The notes under the pieces: model-generated
Told to the model about the DNA's origin: nothing
The model's database searches: none
What the model saw: the letters and a program-made list of their open reading frames with translations, nothing else
Position numbers and translations under genes: made by a program
Shown here: positions 1 through 12,664 of the stretch, piece by piece
Layout: the number at the start of each line of letters is the position of its first letter
How positions within the stretch are numbered: the first letter of the stretch is position 1
Source: Selaginella moellendorffii
Lineage: Eukaryota; Plantae; Lycopodiophyta
NCBI RefSeq assembly: GCF_000143415.4
Contig: NW_003314292.1
Coordinates: 868,444 to 932,443 of the forward strand
Length of the DNA stretch: 64,000 bases
Direction of reading: 5' to 3'

Positions 1-1
1 G

Positions 2-64
2 CCGGAGCAACCCACGGCGCCGCCCGAGCCGGAGCCAGCCCGTGCCGCCCAAGCCCGCAACTAG
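2..64 (+). CDS. Probable 3' end of a GC-rich CDS truncated by the window edge (PEQPTAPPEPEPARAAQARN*)
   Basis: GC-rich open frame ending in TAG at 62-64, followed by AT-richer UTR-like sequence; too short to identify. Confidence 0.35.
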   Translation, partial: PEQPTAPPEPEPARAAQARN

Positions 65-958
65 TTGCTTGTTTTGGGGTTCTCCGGGAATTCAAACGGG
101 TGTCATGGTTCTAGCTTATAAAGTACAGAAATAGCTGAGAGTCCACACAATTGATGAATAAAGATGTTTTGAAGGAAAAGCATTCAACATACAAAATAAA
201 ATTTAAGAGCAGCGACTCTGCCAAAGTCCTTCTGTTAGTTTTGATTTTTCTCTTTTCTTATACAAGAATGAAGTTTGAAAGTGCATCCATATGACAGAGT
301 CGGTCCTTGGATTTATTGTCTCCTTCGGCCACTGTGGCAAAGCGGCTTCAGGTCGGTATGGGCTGCCATGAATGCATCAGCAATTAGGCGAATATCCGTA
401 TGGATATGCATGAGTACATGTCAGGCCAAGGACATGTAGGTGCAAGTGGTTGTGACAAAAACTCGACAGTCTCTGGCCTTCCTCCTCATGCGAGGTAGCA
501 GCAACGCACTGGACGATCAAACGCTCGTATTTCGCTGCATCGTCTCGAGGTGACCCCCTTGCAGACAATGCGAATCACGACCAATGTCCGGGGGCGGGTG
601 CTCCTTGTTTCCTGGTTTCAGATCTAAAAGGAGCTATGAAGAAATCACAGGCAATGCTGATTTTGGAACCGGGACAGCCACTCACAGAACCTGGAAATCA
701 CCCTCGGCTACTTTGATCATCACAGCCTTCCACAGTTTGAAAAGCAAGATCACTGGGTTTGTCCGCAATGCACACACGGGCATTGTGGTGGAAAAATGCG
801 ACAAGACAGTGAGGATGTGCAATCTTGAAAGAAGAAAGAGGATGAATTAAGCTCAAGACTCTAAAAAGAAAGTCAGAGAGTGAGCCACTCAGTTTTTATT
901 TGAAGCTGGCCGCCATAGATCTATAGCGGCATGCATACACATCCACACATTATCCATT

Positions 959-1419
959 TTACAGGTTGCCAAACGTGACTGTAGACTTGGGACACATCTT
1001 GGTGCAGCCATAGCCATTTTTCTCACAGCAGTAGTGCTCCACACCATTCTCGCATCCATTCTTGAGGCAGCATGAGTAGTTCTTGGATGAGTCGCAATTT
1101 TGCATGCACCCATAGCCGTTCTTGAGGCAACAGTAAGTGTCGCCCAGAACACTTGTTAGTCCTGCACAAAAAAAGACATAAGAATTAAATAACAAAAAAA
1201 ATCTCATCAGCACCTAGGCCTTCGTTTCCCAGGATAGTAGCCAAATATCGTGGATCATGCATAGCATCCACCCCTTCCAAAACCACCGTTGCTATGGAAC
1301 AAGACTGATATTTAGCTGAAACATTATGCAATCAAATCTATACCTTCTTTAGCAGCATTGGCAATTGCGAGCAAAAGCAATGGCAGCAGAAAGATGCAAG
1401 AAACTCGAACAAGAGCCAT
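959..1419 (-). CDS. Secreted cysteine-rich peptide precursor, ~118 aa, 3 exons (1419-1344, 1291-1214, 1161-959)
   Basis: Signal peptide MALVRVSCIFLLPLLLLAIANA; two 52-nt phase-1 GT-AG introns keep the frame; C-terminal YCCLKNGYGCMQNC / YSCCLKNGC / YCCEKNGYGCTKMC repeats. Confidence 0.75.
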
Positions 1420-3439
1420 GACTATTGAAGCAAACAGAAATAATAGAAGCAATAGTTTATACAAATGGCCTTTGGTGTGGGCAACTTATAGTAGAAGTTG
1501 TCATCCCACATATCTCTCGTGTTGTGGATGATGTATGCACATAATTATTTTACAATAGAAAAATGATAAAAGTCATCAAATATTTTAAATGTTTTTGGTA
1601 CTTAAAGAAACTAGTTTAAAAAATTTAAAATGTCTTTCATATAAATATTTATGAGATGGTTGTAATATTATTTTCCTCTTTTAGCTTCACATTGTTATAC
1701 CACTTCACCTAAAAGTGTAATAAAAATACATATATTTAAATAAAGTTTAATAATTGGCATGAAATCTAAAATTATTTTTTCTATAGAAACAGTATATAAT
1801 TTTGTTATCTCCTCATGAAAAAATATTTCATAAATGCAAATGAAAAAAAAGTATGTAATACCAAAACAAATTATACAAACATCCAAATTTTTGTAAGTAT
1901 CAAAAGGATTGTTTAATATTACTACTATGAAAGTTACACAAAAAATATAAAAATCATGATAAATATCACTTTTATAGATTTTTTAAATAGAATCTATATA
2001 TCAGTAGAAATTTATAATAATTCTTGTATATAATATCAATTTAATAATATTACGCATTAACAACTTTGATTGGAATTAAGATATGTATTATGATCACAAT
2101 TCTCAGTCATATTTATTTGCTTATGTTGAGAATATAAACAATTTAAAAAATTATTGAACAAAATATTAAAAAAATGAGAATTTATATATTTTGAAGAGTA
2201 AAAATTAAATAATGAACAAATAAATTATAATTTTTTAATTTTTTAATATACTATTATGTTATGGTGTACTATTCCTTCTGAACATTTGTATATAATAAAT
2301 TCATTAAACACTGACATAATTGTTGGTACTTTAAATAAACTATACATAATCTCTGAAGGTATGTGAGTTTATGGTATATTCCTGAAAAATATGTAAATTT
2401 TAAAAATTTTGATTTTTTTAATTTAAATGATAATCCTTCATATATATTATTTTCTCAATTAGATTAACTAAGTATTTTATATGTAAACATTAAATAATTT
2501 GCTACGTGTCACATGTACCAATGTTTGGTTTGATTAATAGTAGTGTTATTTCTACTTATTAATCCAATTGATCAAATAAAAATTCATAATTATAAACATG
2601 CTTATAATTTATAAACACAAGATTAATTTTATTGCATAGCAACCATTAGATGGTAGAATAAAAAGAATATACTTCAAAGAGTTTAAGCAAATGTATAAAT
2701 TATAAATAAAAAATAAATCTAAATGAATAACAACCATTAGATGGTAGAATATCCTAGAATATCCAAGCATATTCTAGGTATATTCACTACAATCTCAGCC
2801 CCCTACAGGTCTGCTTAAGCAAACCAAAAACATTTAAGCTTCTCTTATTTCTTATAATACAACTTATTAAATCTAATAAAAAATACTATCTAATTAAAAA
2901 ATAAATATATATCTTATTAAATATAGACATAAATAAAAATTTAAATTTAGTCTTGATAAACTGCCTAGTGCTCTAGAGGCTGCAAAATAAATAAATATAA
3001 TTTAACCATAATAAGGTTTTTGATTTATGATATAATTTAACTAATATATTAAACTATATATTAACTAATATTATTCATATTAATTATTTATTAATAATTT
3101 TTATTTAGTAATAAAAATGTTGAATTAATAAAGCTTGCTAACTTTATAAGCATGAACTCATAAATTTATTAATTCAAGGTTTTTATTTATGTTATTTAGA
3201 AAATTAAAATGTGAAAGAACATTAGAAAGTACAATGTACTATCCATCAATAACACTTTCAATCACAATATTTATACTATATGTTTAACCTTCTTGTATTA
3301 AAAATTATTTAAGTAGCTTTAAAATATTTTACTAATTAATAAACGTTCAATATATTATTAAAACCGCCCTTTTTTTTATATTCATAAATATTACTAATTA
3401 TAATTATTGAAAACCTAGATATATGTGAATTTGTTATTA

Positions 3440-4312
3440 TTATTTTGGAACTCTCCATATAGAAGTTTGTTCAACTATATTAGAAACACTTATATGACCA
3501 GTATCTTCAACACATAATGCCATTGGTCTCCAAATATTTTTCCAATAAATATTATATGACCATATAACATTATGAAATTCATCATACAAAACTAAATTAC
3601 CATCAATTTGCATTGTTAAATAACAATTATTTCCTTTATTTTCTGTATTAGTCTGCCATATGGTAATAGATTCTTTATATAATACAACATTACAATTTGA
3701 ATGAACATGTAATGAGTACTGTTTATTTAAAGATTGAAGAAATTCTCCACTTAATAAATTAGAAAAGTATGAAAAATTAGATGTACTTTTAATGCATGTA
3801 CGCCTCCACGTACAATCTTGATTTTGATTTAAAAAACTTAAAGTTTTTATCTTTTGTATACTTTGAATATTAGTATCTTCAACTATATATTCAATTAACA
3901 TATTCCCTAAATAATAATCTGTAACCCCATAGTTGATCATCTCATGATCAATAACGATGTAATTATTATAAATTCTTTCAAATTCAGCTCTTAATCTCAA
4001 ACCTTCCCATGGAATAGTGTAATTTGGAAATAAACTACAGAGGCGTTGATAGTTAGGAACATACAATTCAGAAGTCATAGTAGATAATAATATCCTAATA
4101 CCATAATTGCGATAAACTCTTGAATATCTAGTGTAAAATGGAACATTAACATCTATTTGATCTATAGCCTCTCTTATTGCTCTTAAAATGTTTATTTTTG
4201 TAGATAATGAGAGATTTCTACGATTATCTCTCAAAATACTAGCTGCTAAGCTGTTATCACTAAATATTATTAGCAAAACTAAAACATACACTGTAATACA
4301 GTTATTAATCAT
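3440..4312 (-). CDS. Secreted protein with unknown N-terminal domain and C-terminal bulb-type (GNA/B-type) lectin domain, 290 aa, intronless
   Basis: Hydrophobic N-terminus; B-lectin-like segments CNVVLY..IWQTNT, YLTMQIDGNLVLY..VIWS and LCVEDTGHI..IW. Confidence 0.75.
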   Translation of the reverse strand: MINNCITVYVLVLLIIFSDNSLAASILRDNRRNLSLSTKINILRAIREAIDQIDVNVPFYTRYSRVYRNYGIRILLSTMTSELYVPNYQRLCSLFPNYTIPWEGLRLRAEFERIYNNYIVIDHEMINYGVTDYYLGNMLIEYIVEDTNIQSIQKIKTLSFLNQNQDCTWRRTCIKSTSNFSYFSNLLSGEFLQSLNKQYSLHVHSNCNVVLYKESITIWQTNTENKGNNCYLTMQIDGNLVLYDEFHNVIWSYNIYWKNIWRPMALCVEDTGHISVSNIVEQTSIWRVPK

Positions 4313-4763
4313 TATGATTTCTAGAGTTAAAATTGCGGCTAATCTGTATTAATAGCCGTTGAACATATTAAACAACAGTTTACTATTTTGGACTTGTTAA
4401 AATATAAAATTATTTCTCTTAAAATAACAATTACTTTAGTTAGAAGTTAGAATATATGCATGTAACAACTGGAAGTTGTTACTGCAAAGACTATAAGACC
4501 AAATGTCAAGCTTTACTATAAACTACTGAAATAAAGCATATAGAGAAACAATATGAAGCATGTACCAAAAATGTACAACAGTCATTAAAAAATGGCTTGA
4601 CCATTAAAATATTTAGTTTGTTAGATCTAGTTAAATCTGTAACTAGGGCTTCCAATTTCAACTATTTTAACGGTGTTATGACGTGGCGAGGCTGTTTTCT
4701 GTTGTTCAGGAAACTTGGTTGGCTTTTAAGCATTCCTCCCTACCTAGGTTTTGGTTTTGCGCC

Positions 4764-6938
4764 ATGGGATGCGCCAGCGACTACGAATGCGAGCTCTGCC
4801 GGAGCTCGTATTTCGGGGAATCTCCTGGCGGGGGAGGCGCGGCGGCGTCCAGCGCCTGCGATCCATCGTCGTGGATCAACCCCGGCGATGTCCGGCACTT
4901 GTATCGGATCGGGCGTGGCCAGTTTGGCGATGTGTTTCTCGCCAGCGCCAGATTTCAATCCCAGGAGCGCCAGGTCGCTGTGAAAATGCTGCCGCTCGTT
5001 GGCTCGGAGATGATCGAGACGGTGTTGAGGCGATTCGACGCCGCGCTCTTCGCGTGCCAGGGTCTCAAAGGCGTGAGCGTCCCTCTCGGGGTTTCGATGA
5101 AGAATGGCAAGGTGTGTGTTTCTTTAAGATCTTTCCATATAAGCTCTCTTCTCTATCGTGCTCTTCCAGGTTTGCATTCTATCACCTCTGTATGAAGGCT
5201 CCGTGGGTGGTCGATTGGCTCATCTCCCGGACAACAGGCTCTCGCCCTCGGAAGCTCTCAAGTAAGCTTTCTCCTAGATTTGAAAGAGAAAGAGAGCCTC
5301 TTTCTCTTTTCTGGCGTTGGAAACCCCTGACACTTCGCTCTCTTTCACGAACTTTACACAGGTATGCCACGGACATAGCCAAGGGTGTACTCGAGCTCCA
5401 TTCTCGCGGCGTTCTCTCGCTCAACTTAAAGCCTTGCAACTTTCTCCTCGACCCGAGCAACGACGCCTTCGTCGGAGACCACGCGCTCCCGCTGCTCTTC
5501 TCCGGATGCAAGAGCTTCCTGGATTTCAAGTTCTACATCGGAACTCCAAACTACATGGCGCCAGAGCAGTGGAGCGTGGAGACGAGGGGTCCGCTGGCGT
5601 TCGAGACGGACTCGTGGGGATACGCGTGCAGCATTGTGGAGATGGTCACAGGGAAGAGGCCGTGGGAAGACAAGACGCCGCAAGAGATTTACAACCTGGT
5701 GGTTTTGAAAGGTGACAGGCCCAGCGTCCCGTCCGAGTTACCAGCAGCGATACAACGGGTCTTGGAAGATTGCTTCGAGTATGACTACCGGAATCGGCCA
5801 GACTTCCGCCAAATCCTGGCGACTTTGACGAGGTAAAACTTGTTCTTCACACACCACCTTTGCTAACAAGTGTCGTTGCAGTCCTGGTTTGAAACGAGGC
5901 GACTGGATTCACGTCTACGACGAGCCGAGCAAGCAGACGAAGATCGGGCTGGTGATCGAAGAGGACGACTCCCACGTCCGAGTGCGCCTGCCGAGACAGC
6001 AGATCCAATCCTACTCCCGCGAATCGAGGAAGCTCTGCCTGTGGAAGAACCCGCTGCAAGCCGGAGATCACGTCACAGTGAAGAAGTCGGCGAGGCGCGG
6101 CTGCTGGCGCTACACGCCGCACAACGCCGAGGGCGTGGTGGTGGAAGTTGACAGAGAAGAGATCGTGGTCCGGGTGAAGTTTTGCAGCTCGCAGGACCTC
6201 TGGGAAGGGAGCCCGGACGAGCTGGAGCTGGTCTCGTTTGGAATCACCGTCGGGGACTGGGTTCACAGGTTCACAAACGAGGATCACCACTACTCGGGCA
6301 GTCGGCCGTCCTGCGTCGGGATCGTTCACAGCATCCAACGCGATGGAGAGCTGCAAGTCGCGTTCGTTGGCTGCGACATGCTCTGGACTGGAGTTCCAAC
6401 CAGGCTCGCGAAGATCCAGCCGCTCAGAGTCGGGCAGATGGTGCGACTAAGCTGCTGTGCTCGGGGAAGTCCGCGGTTTGAGTGGCCGTGCAAGGAGAGG
6501 AGCGGCCGGATCACCAGGATAATGCCCAACGGCTGCCTGGTTCTCTCGTCGAGCAGCTGGAAGTCGAAGGAGCGGTGGTTTGGAGATCCGGCACAGGTGG
6601 AGCTGATCGAGAGGAAAAAGTACCGCCGCACTGGAAACGATCTCCTGTCGAGCTTGCACTGGGGTCTGATGAATCCGATGGTGTTTGCGCTGGGAGTGCT
6701 GGCAGGAGTTTTGCTCGGAAACTCGATTCTACAATCGAACGCTGCTGCTGCTGCCTCGAGCTGCGATGGGAGAAGCTATTGGGACCACGAGATTCTGATC
6801 ACGTACCCGGAGGGCTACAGTTCTTCTCTTACGGAGCCAGCTTCTCTTCCTTCGCCACCATCGCCGGGATGGGTGGTGAGAACGTTTAATCGATTTGTTG
6901 CTCATCTAGCAGAGAGTGCCGATGATTTCCTTCATTGA
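4764..6938 (+). CDS. Protein kinase with HERC2-like/KEG-type repeats and C-terminal transmembrane anchor (KOC1-like); exons 4764-5111, 5170-5261, 5362-5832, 5882-6938
   Basis: Kinase motifs IGRGQFGDV, VAVK, LNLKPCNFLL, GTPNYMAPEQW and DSWGYACSIVEM; repeats GDWVH, VGIVHSI, PRFEWP and IMPNGCLV; TM segment PMVFALGVLAGVLLG; splice sites conserve the frame. Confidence 0.85.
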
Positions 6939-7021
6939 CATAGAAAAAGAAAAGCTAACTGTCATTAGTACGCGAAAGAAAGACTTGAATCTATAGAGGA
7001 AGAAAAAAAACGCACAGACCA

Positions 7022-10000
7022 TTAAGAAGAGCAAAGAGCTTCTACTGCCAAGAACTTTTCTCGGACCCCGGGACACGCGGAAGTGGTAAAGTCGGGAGCC
7101 AAGCTGCAGCTTCTCTGTCCAACGCAAGCCTGGAATCCAAATGAGAGAAAACTTAGCTATGAAACAGCGAAAGTAAATGAGCAAACCTTCTCCACTGTGT
7201 TGGATAGATCGTTCGTGTGACAGCTTCCTTCCTTGAAACTCCCGCAACTTCCTTCGGGATTTCCCAAGCTGGCGAAACGTATCTGGGAGATGACTTGCTT
7301 TTCACCCGGGCACCAGAGCTTCACGGAAGCTGGATGGGATTCATAAACTCGTGCGCAGATCACGTTCGTGGATCTCGTCACGAAGTCTATGCTCGATGGA
7401 TCACCACCGGTTTCTTCGAAAAGGACCAGAAGATTTCCTCTCGGCTTCATCCAAGAACGAGGAACGTGATACCTGGAAAACCAGAAAGTTTTACAAGGAA
7501 TGAAAGGATGGCAAGGAGCACTTTGTTACCAGCGCTGAGATGACTGTCCGCAGCCTGTTAGGCATTTGTTTTGATCGTAGCTCCCACGATAGTCACAGCT
7601 CTCGGGGCAGACCGAGTCCGCAGCTTTATATGCTGGCCAGTATCGTCCAATGCTCTGTCCGTTCACCCACGCTTGACCTTTACCCATGCTTGCCAAATCC
7701 AATGCAACCGGATCATCTCCGGGTGGAGCATCGAATTCTGTCTGCACTTAAGGAAGAAAACATATTGAAGAAAGCTTCCACCAAAAACTTCAATGCTCTT
7801 ATAATTACCATGTACCATGTCAGAGGCTTTTTTGTCGAGACGGCTGACCAGTTTACGCTACGAGAGCCTTCTACTGTGAAAAGTTTAAGATCTTCGCCTT
7901 TGAGACCGACCTGTTATTGCGGTTAGATAGAATGGAAAGTAATAGTTCAAAAAACCTGGTATGTCCACTCTTGTTTTGACAAATTCTGATCTCCACCCGG
8001 AAGGCCCTTGAGTATCAGCGAACCGCTCAGGCCCGCACTCCAAGTCTCGATAAAGGCTCCAAAATTCTTGAAAGCATCCAAACTTTAGCATCCAAAAAGA
8101 GTTGGGAAATGGTAGCTTACTTGAAGGCCAACCGTAGCGCTCAGTAGTGCAATTGTATTTGAACCAGGAGCTAGCTTAATAGGTGCCTCCACCGAATTAT
8201 ATAGAACCGACTTACTAGTATGCCAAGAGCTTTGGAACTGTCCATTCACAAAAATGTGGACAACGTCCCTCATACTTTCAATGGAAAGCCATGTTGAACC
8301 AGTTCCCGTCGCCTCAACGCTGTAAACTTCCATATACACCTGCTTTTACAGAAAGATAGCAACATACCTTGTCGTGTACCACAGATAATCACTCGTGTCT
8401 TTAGTCGTCTCCATTTGCTCCAGTAGCTGCTTAGCTTTGAAACTTGATCCCGAGATTCCTACAGGTTCATCGAATGATGTCCATGATAAGCTCGATTTTG
8501 AAGGATTCATGCTCACAACCGCAGATTGCGATTTCACCTGCGAGTATCTTAGAGGAAAAGAAAAAAAGTAACAAAAAGAAGGCAGAACAAACCTTTGCGG
8601 AGTTGAATGCCACGGTTTTGCAATCAAGAACAATGCTCACAGACCAAGCTGGCAGGGAATAGGAAACGTTTCTAAACTCTACAACTGTGTCGTTCATACT
8701 GTCGACGTTGGCAAGGAATGCCACACATCCGTTTCCATATGAATAGACATGGGCCTGCAACTTAGCTTGATAAGAAACACGAACATTCAAACTGAGAAAC
8801 ACCTCTTGATTTGGACCGAGTTCACTATGCTGTCCTTCGCTTGACAAAATAACTTCTTCGCCCAGTTTTAGCGTTTCGTGAAGGTCCTTCAAGTGTCCCC
8901 ACTTAGGAAGATGCTGCATGCCTTCAACTCAAAACAAAAACTTTTAAGCAACTCAACTTGAGCATGATTTTTACCATATTCATCTAAAGGTGCGTCGTAG
9001 TCATAGCTACTTGCGACATATGGACCACCTGACGTCCTCCCAAAATTTGTTCCCCCAAAATACTACACGCATTTAGCACGATCAGTTTCGAGACGATGAT
9101 ATCAAAACCCAGACCATGTAATAGTTGTGGAAGCTACCCCCGCGTTCAAAAAATCGTGCAACTGCGAAGGCAATGTCCTCCACAGGCCTGTGCGGAAGTG
9201 GCCATCCATAATATGTGAACCTACAACCAAAAGACGGACATACAAACTGCTTCTAAGGAATAGAATGAGTTGTGCTTTACCAGCCAGTGTAGCTTTCAGT
9301 CCACATAGTTGGCTTCTTGTATAGAGTTGGATTCCAGCCGTCGCAATACATTCCATTGCAGGTGTCAATCTGCACACAAGCAAGATACTTAGAATGTAAG
9401 AGACAAGATCAAGTTGCTAAAAATTACGATGTACTCGGGAACTTTAGACTGCGCACACATTATCCAAGGGACGCCTGTGTTTTGAGCTTGAGCCATCTCA
9501 GCTGCCCAGTTTATGTACCTCACACCAGCCTCCCCATAATGCGAATCAACGTTGCCGTATTCGTTTTCAACCTGAGCTAGAATTATAGGACCGCCCTGGG
9601 AAGCAAACAAGTTTTCTTCTTTCATCATGTTTACGATCTTTGTCAAGAAACTTTGCATATATTTCTGTAAGGTACCAGGTAGCATCAGTCAGGTTAGCAA
9701 AGAACGAAGCGAAATTTACTTTGAAAGGCTCGTTGTCTGTCCTGAAGACAATATGGGGAATGTCCCTTAGCCAGATGGGAAATCCTCTGCTTACACAGCA
9801 ATTCTTCTCACTGGAGTTGAAAAAGAAAATGAAATGCTTGGTTGCAACGTACCCGAGGTTCCATTCTGCACAAACGTATGGGCCGATCCGGAGATTCACA
9901 AGAAGCCCAGCTTGCTGCACGAGTTTCACGAATTTCACCAAGTCGTATCGACCCTCAAAGTAGTACTACATGAACAAAAGAGAACAACTTAGGAGAAAAC

Positions 10001-10332
10001 TTGACAAGAAAAAACGAAGGACATTGAAAAGCTCACCTGTCCTGGAGATGGTTCATGCCGATCCCAGAACACATACGTTTCAATCACATCCAGCCCACCT
10101 TCCTTTGCCTTCTGGATGATCCCCGGCCACATCTGATGTATCAAAACAAGAAGATCTATTTAGCAGTAGCAAAGAGCTGGCAGACCTCGGGTGTCGCTCG
10201 AGGATAGTGCACGGATCCAGACAGAAGAATCCTCCGTTTCCCATTCAGTATAAGCGATCGATGATCATAGGAAACGTTCTGCGCCGCGGAGAGCTGGAGC
10301 AGCAGCACCAGAGCAAGCGAGAGCAGCCACAT
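7022..10332 (-). CDS. Glycoside hydrolase family 35 beta-galactosidase with C-terminal SUEL/Gal-lectin domain, multi-exon
   Basis: Signal peptide [17 protein letters not shown] followed by [21 protein letters not shown]; [12 protein letters not shown]; [14 protein letters not shown]; GGTNFGR; [17 protein letters not shown]; [12 protein letters not shown]; stop at 7022-7024. Confidence 0.95.
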
Positions 10333-10722
10333 TTTCTCCTTTCTTCGTCCTGGAGCTGCCGAGGGCCGATCTTAACTGCGAAAACTCTGCCAACGCTTGA
10401 CTTGTGACCATCGTGTCGTATCTGTTGGCCTGCGTTTTCCATGATAGCCCTTGTCGGTATCGCTCGCTCTCCTGAAACTGTCGATCAAGACACGCATTTT
10501 GGATCACGGAATCATACCTCTTGGCTTGAGCGGGGATACTCGCATCGATGGCAGCGGCGCCAGAAGAAACATCGCTGCCCGACAGCGAAAATAATGGCGA
10601 TACCGGTACAAGAATCCCCTCATCAGTCAGGACGGAGGCGCGATTGCATCGAGGGAATGCTGTGCTTGAGAATCTATTCCCCGGCGCTCAAGAACCCTAG
10701 CATGCTTGGAATGCGCGCCAAC

Positions 10723-10784
10723 GTTCTAGAACCCTAAGGAATATTCTTCCCCGTAACAAATATTCTTGTCAAGAGCCTATAAAA
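10723..10784 (+). promoter_or_regulatory. Gap-type heat-shock element plus TATA box upstream of the orphan gene
   Basis: Phased gTTCt-aGAAc-(5 bp)-gGAAt-aTTCt at 10723-10747; TATAAAA at 10778-10784. Confidence 0.55.
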
Positions 10785-10807
10785 AGGGCAAATGATTTTT
10801 AGGGTTT

Positions 10808-12042
10808 ATGGCGGCTATGGAGCAGGCTATGGCGGATGCAGCGTTTGCCAGAAAGGGCGGCCAAGTTCCTGTGGCTCTCGAGGAAGCTGTTCGCGAGACG
10901 CTCGAGATGAGGAGGGTGATCACCGCGTTCCGGCGGGATTGCTTGCACTTTAGGGAAGGAGGCTTGCTGTACGAGATCGTGAAATCGTGGTATGACGAGC
11001 GCTACGCAGCTGAGCGTTCCACGGACTACCCCGAGGTCAGCTCCAATCTCTCTTTTTTCTTGTTTATCTCATCCACGACGTTTATAGTCGCTAGAGCGGA
11101 GGAACCCTTACGCAGCGTTCAAGGGAAAACATCCTGAGTTGGCCGAGTGGTATGGAGAGCTCGATTTTTTGCTCCAAGAAATCCCCGTCGGGAACTCCGC
11201 CACCACTGTGCTGAACCTCCCTTTGGATTCGGGTAGGATTGATCTGCGCGTGTTTCTTGTTCTGAGCTCGGTCTTGTTAAAACAGGTGATGCCTCTCGCG
11301 CTCTCGAGCCCGACGGGATCCTCTCCCGGATAATCTCTCCGTGTCCCTTTCTCACGCACGGCGAGAACGTCGCTCTTGCCGTCCTCGACGCGAGGCTGTG
11401 GCTGTGCCGCTCTGCTCTGCCGCTGGCGATCGGGCAGGAAACATCGTGTGAGTGTGATCGAATTCATTTCAACTTTGTTGCAAGGCTGACGCGTGAGTGC
11501 TTGCATGAAACAGACTGGGACGCATCTGGCGGTGGCGGTGGTGTTGTCTTGCCCAAGAGGCCGACTTTACCTTCAACGTTTTATGTTTTACTCCAGGAGT
11601 CGGCTGTGCAGGTGCACGCTACGCTCCTCAGGCATTCCAGCAACAGGCTGTACGAGCTGGCTCCGTCGGATTTCACAGACGACAAGCGGGAATGCTTCTG
11701 GGCACGCATGGCTCGAGTGCGCTTCCCGCATGTTGACAACCGAGGGATGTCGAGCAGGGAGTTTGCCGCCACGCTCGCCCGCAGTAGCGCGGGAGAAGAT
11801 CGCGACTTGGACTATTTGGAGTGCTGGCGGGAGGATGAAACGAGGGACATGTACAGGCTGTTGGCGATGTTCATCCATGATCGGTAAGTAGACTAGTTGT
11901 TTGGTTCCTCACTTAGTTGTTTGGTTTTTGGTTCCTCACTTGAGAATCTGTCTTTTGGTTTTCCAGGACACCTGAGATGCACGAAGAACAGATGGAAAAA
12001 CTGGCCAAAGAAGAAGAGGAAGAAGAGGAAGTTGGGAGGTAA
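10808..12042 (+). CDS. Multi-exon hypothetical protein with acidic C-terminus (EKLAKEEEEEEEVGR*)
   Basis: GC-rich open segments separated by short T-rich GT-AG gaps; no recognisable domain; internal splice sites only approximate. Confidence 0.5.
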
Positions 12043-12664
12043 GACTTTCGACTGGCAAGACAAGCAGTTCTTCCAAATGAATGACGGCAAGCCTGTGATC
12101 GAATCCAAACAACAATGTGATGTGAGTTGCCGTGAAGAAAAAAGCAAGTACCTTTCCAAATGTTGCGGAAGCATTTCTTGGTCCGTGATCTTCTGTCGAG
12201 GCTGGCGAAGCTTTGGACCGCCACAGTTATCTTGGTCTCCAAGGCCTTCATCTTGTCTACGACGTCGGCTTCGCGCCTCTAGCGTCCAAGTTGCGAAGAA
12301 GCCTGCGCTTTCGTTCCAGCTCCGTAACAGACCTGAGAAGAAGAAAGCACAGAGAATAAGAGCTTGGTTCCAGATCGAAAGTAGAAGCATTACCTTGACC
12401 TGTTCATACAATTTCGTAAAGTCTATCCAAAGTTCCAGCGTGACTCCCGGCCTCGATGTCAAATCCACTGGGCGAGCTCAGAACCAATGCCCGAGCGAAA
12501 GAGCGCTCAGCAATCGGGACCAATGATCCGAGATGCACGATCATCGAACAAAGAATCAAACTCAACCTTATGAAACCATAGTTCCTTAACCTCTCTTGAG
12601 CTGGACTTCGCCCGCCTCCAGTCCCACCACTGCACTCCACTGGAGCTCGCGGCGCCTCCTCCAC
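12043..12664 (-). pseudogene. Exon-like gene fragments of unknown family, partly duplicated at ~15231-15610
   Basis: Exon-like blocks (VDLTSRPGVTLELWIDFTKLYEQVK; MKALETKITVAVQSF) with splice-like borders and stops; second degraded copy. Confidence 0.3.

Noticed and set aside
200-880. ORFs 377-568 and 584-850
   Set aside because: No recognisable domain or consistent splice model
2640-2750. Duplicated 20-mer aaccattagatggtagaata
   Set aside because: Two copies only, in low-complexity AT-rich DNA; no function supportable
3900-4200. Possible ribosome-inactivating-protein similarity (ILLSTMTSE..WEGL) in the lectin N-terminal domain
   Set aside because: The catalytic EAARF arginine is missing and the E-to-W spacing is too short; not supportable without a profile search
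4597-6889. Many overlapping ORFs in the kinase locus
   Set aside because: Alternative or antisense frames of GC-rich exons, explained by the four-exon kinase model
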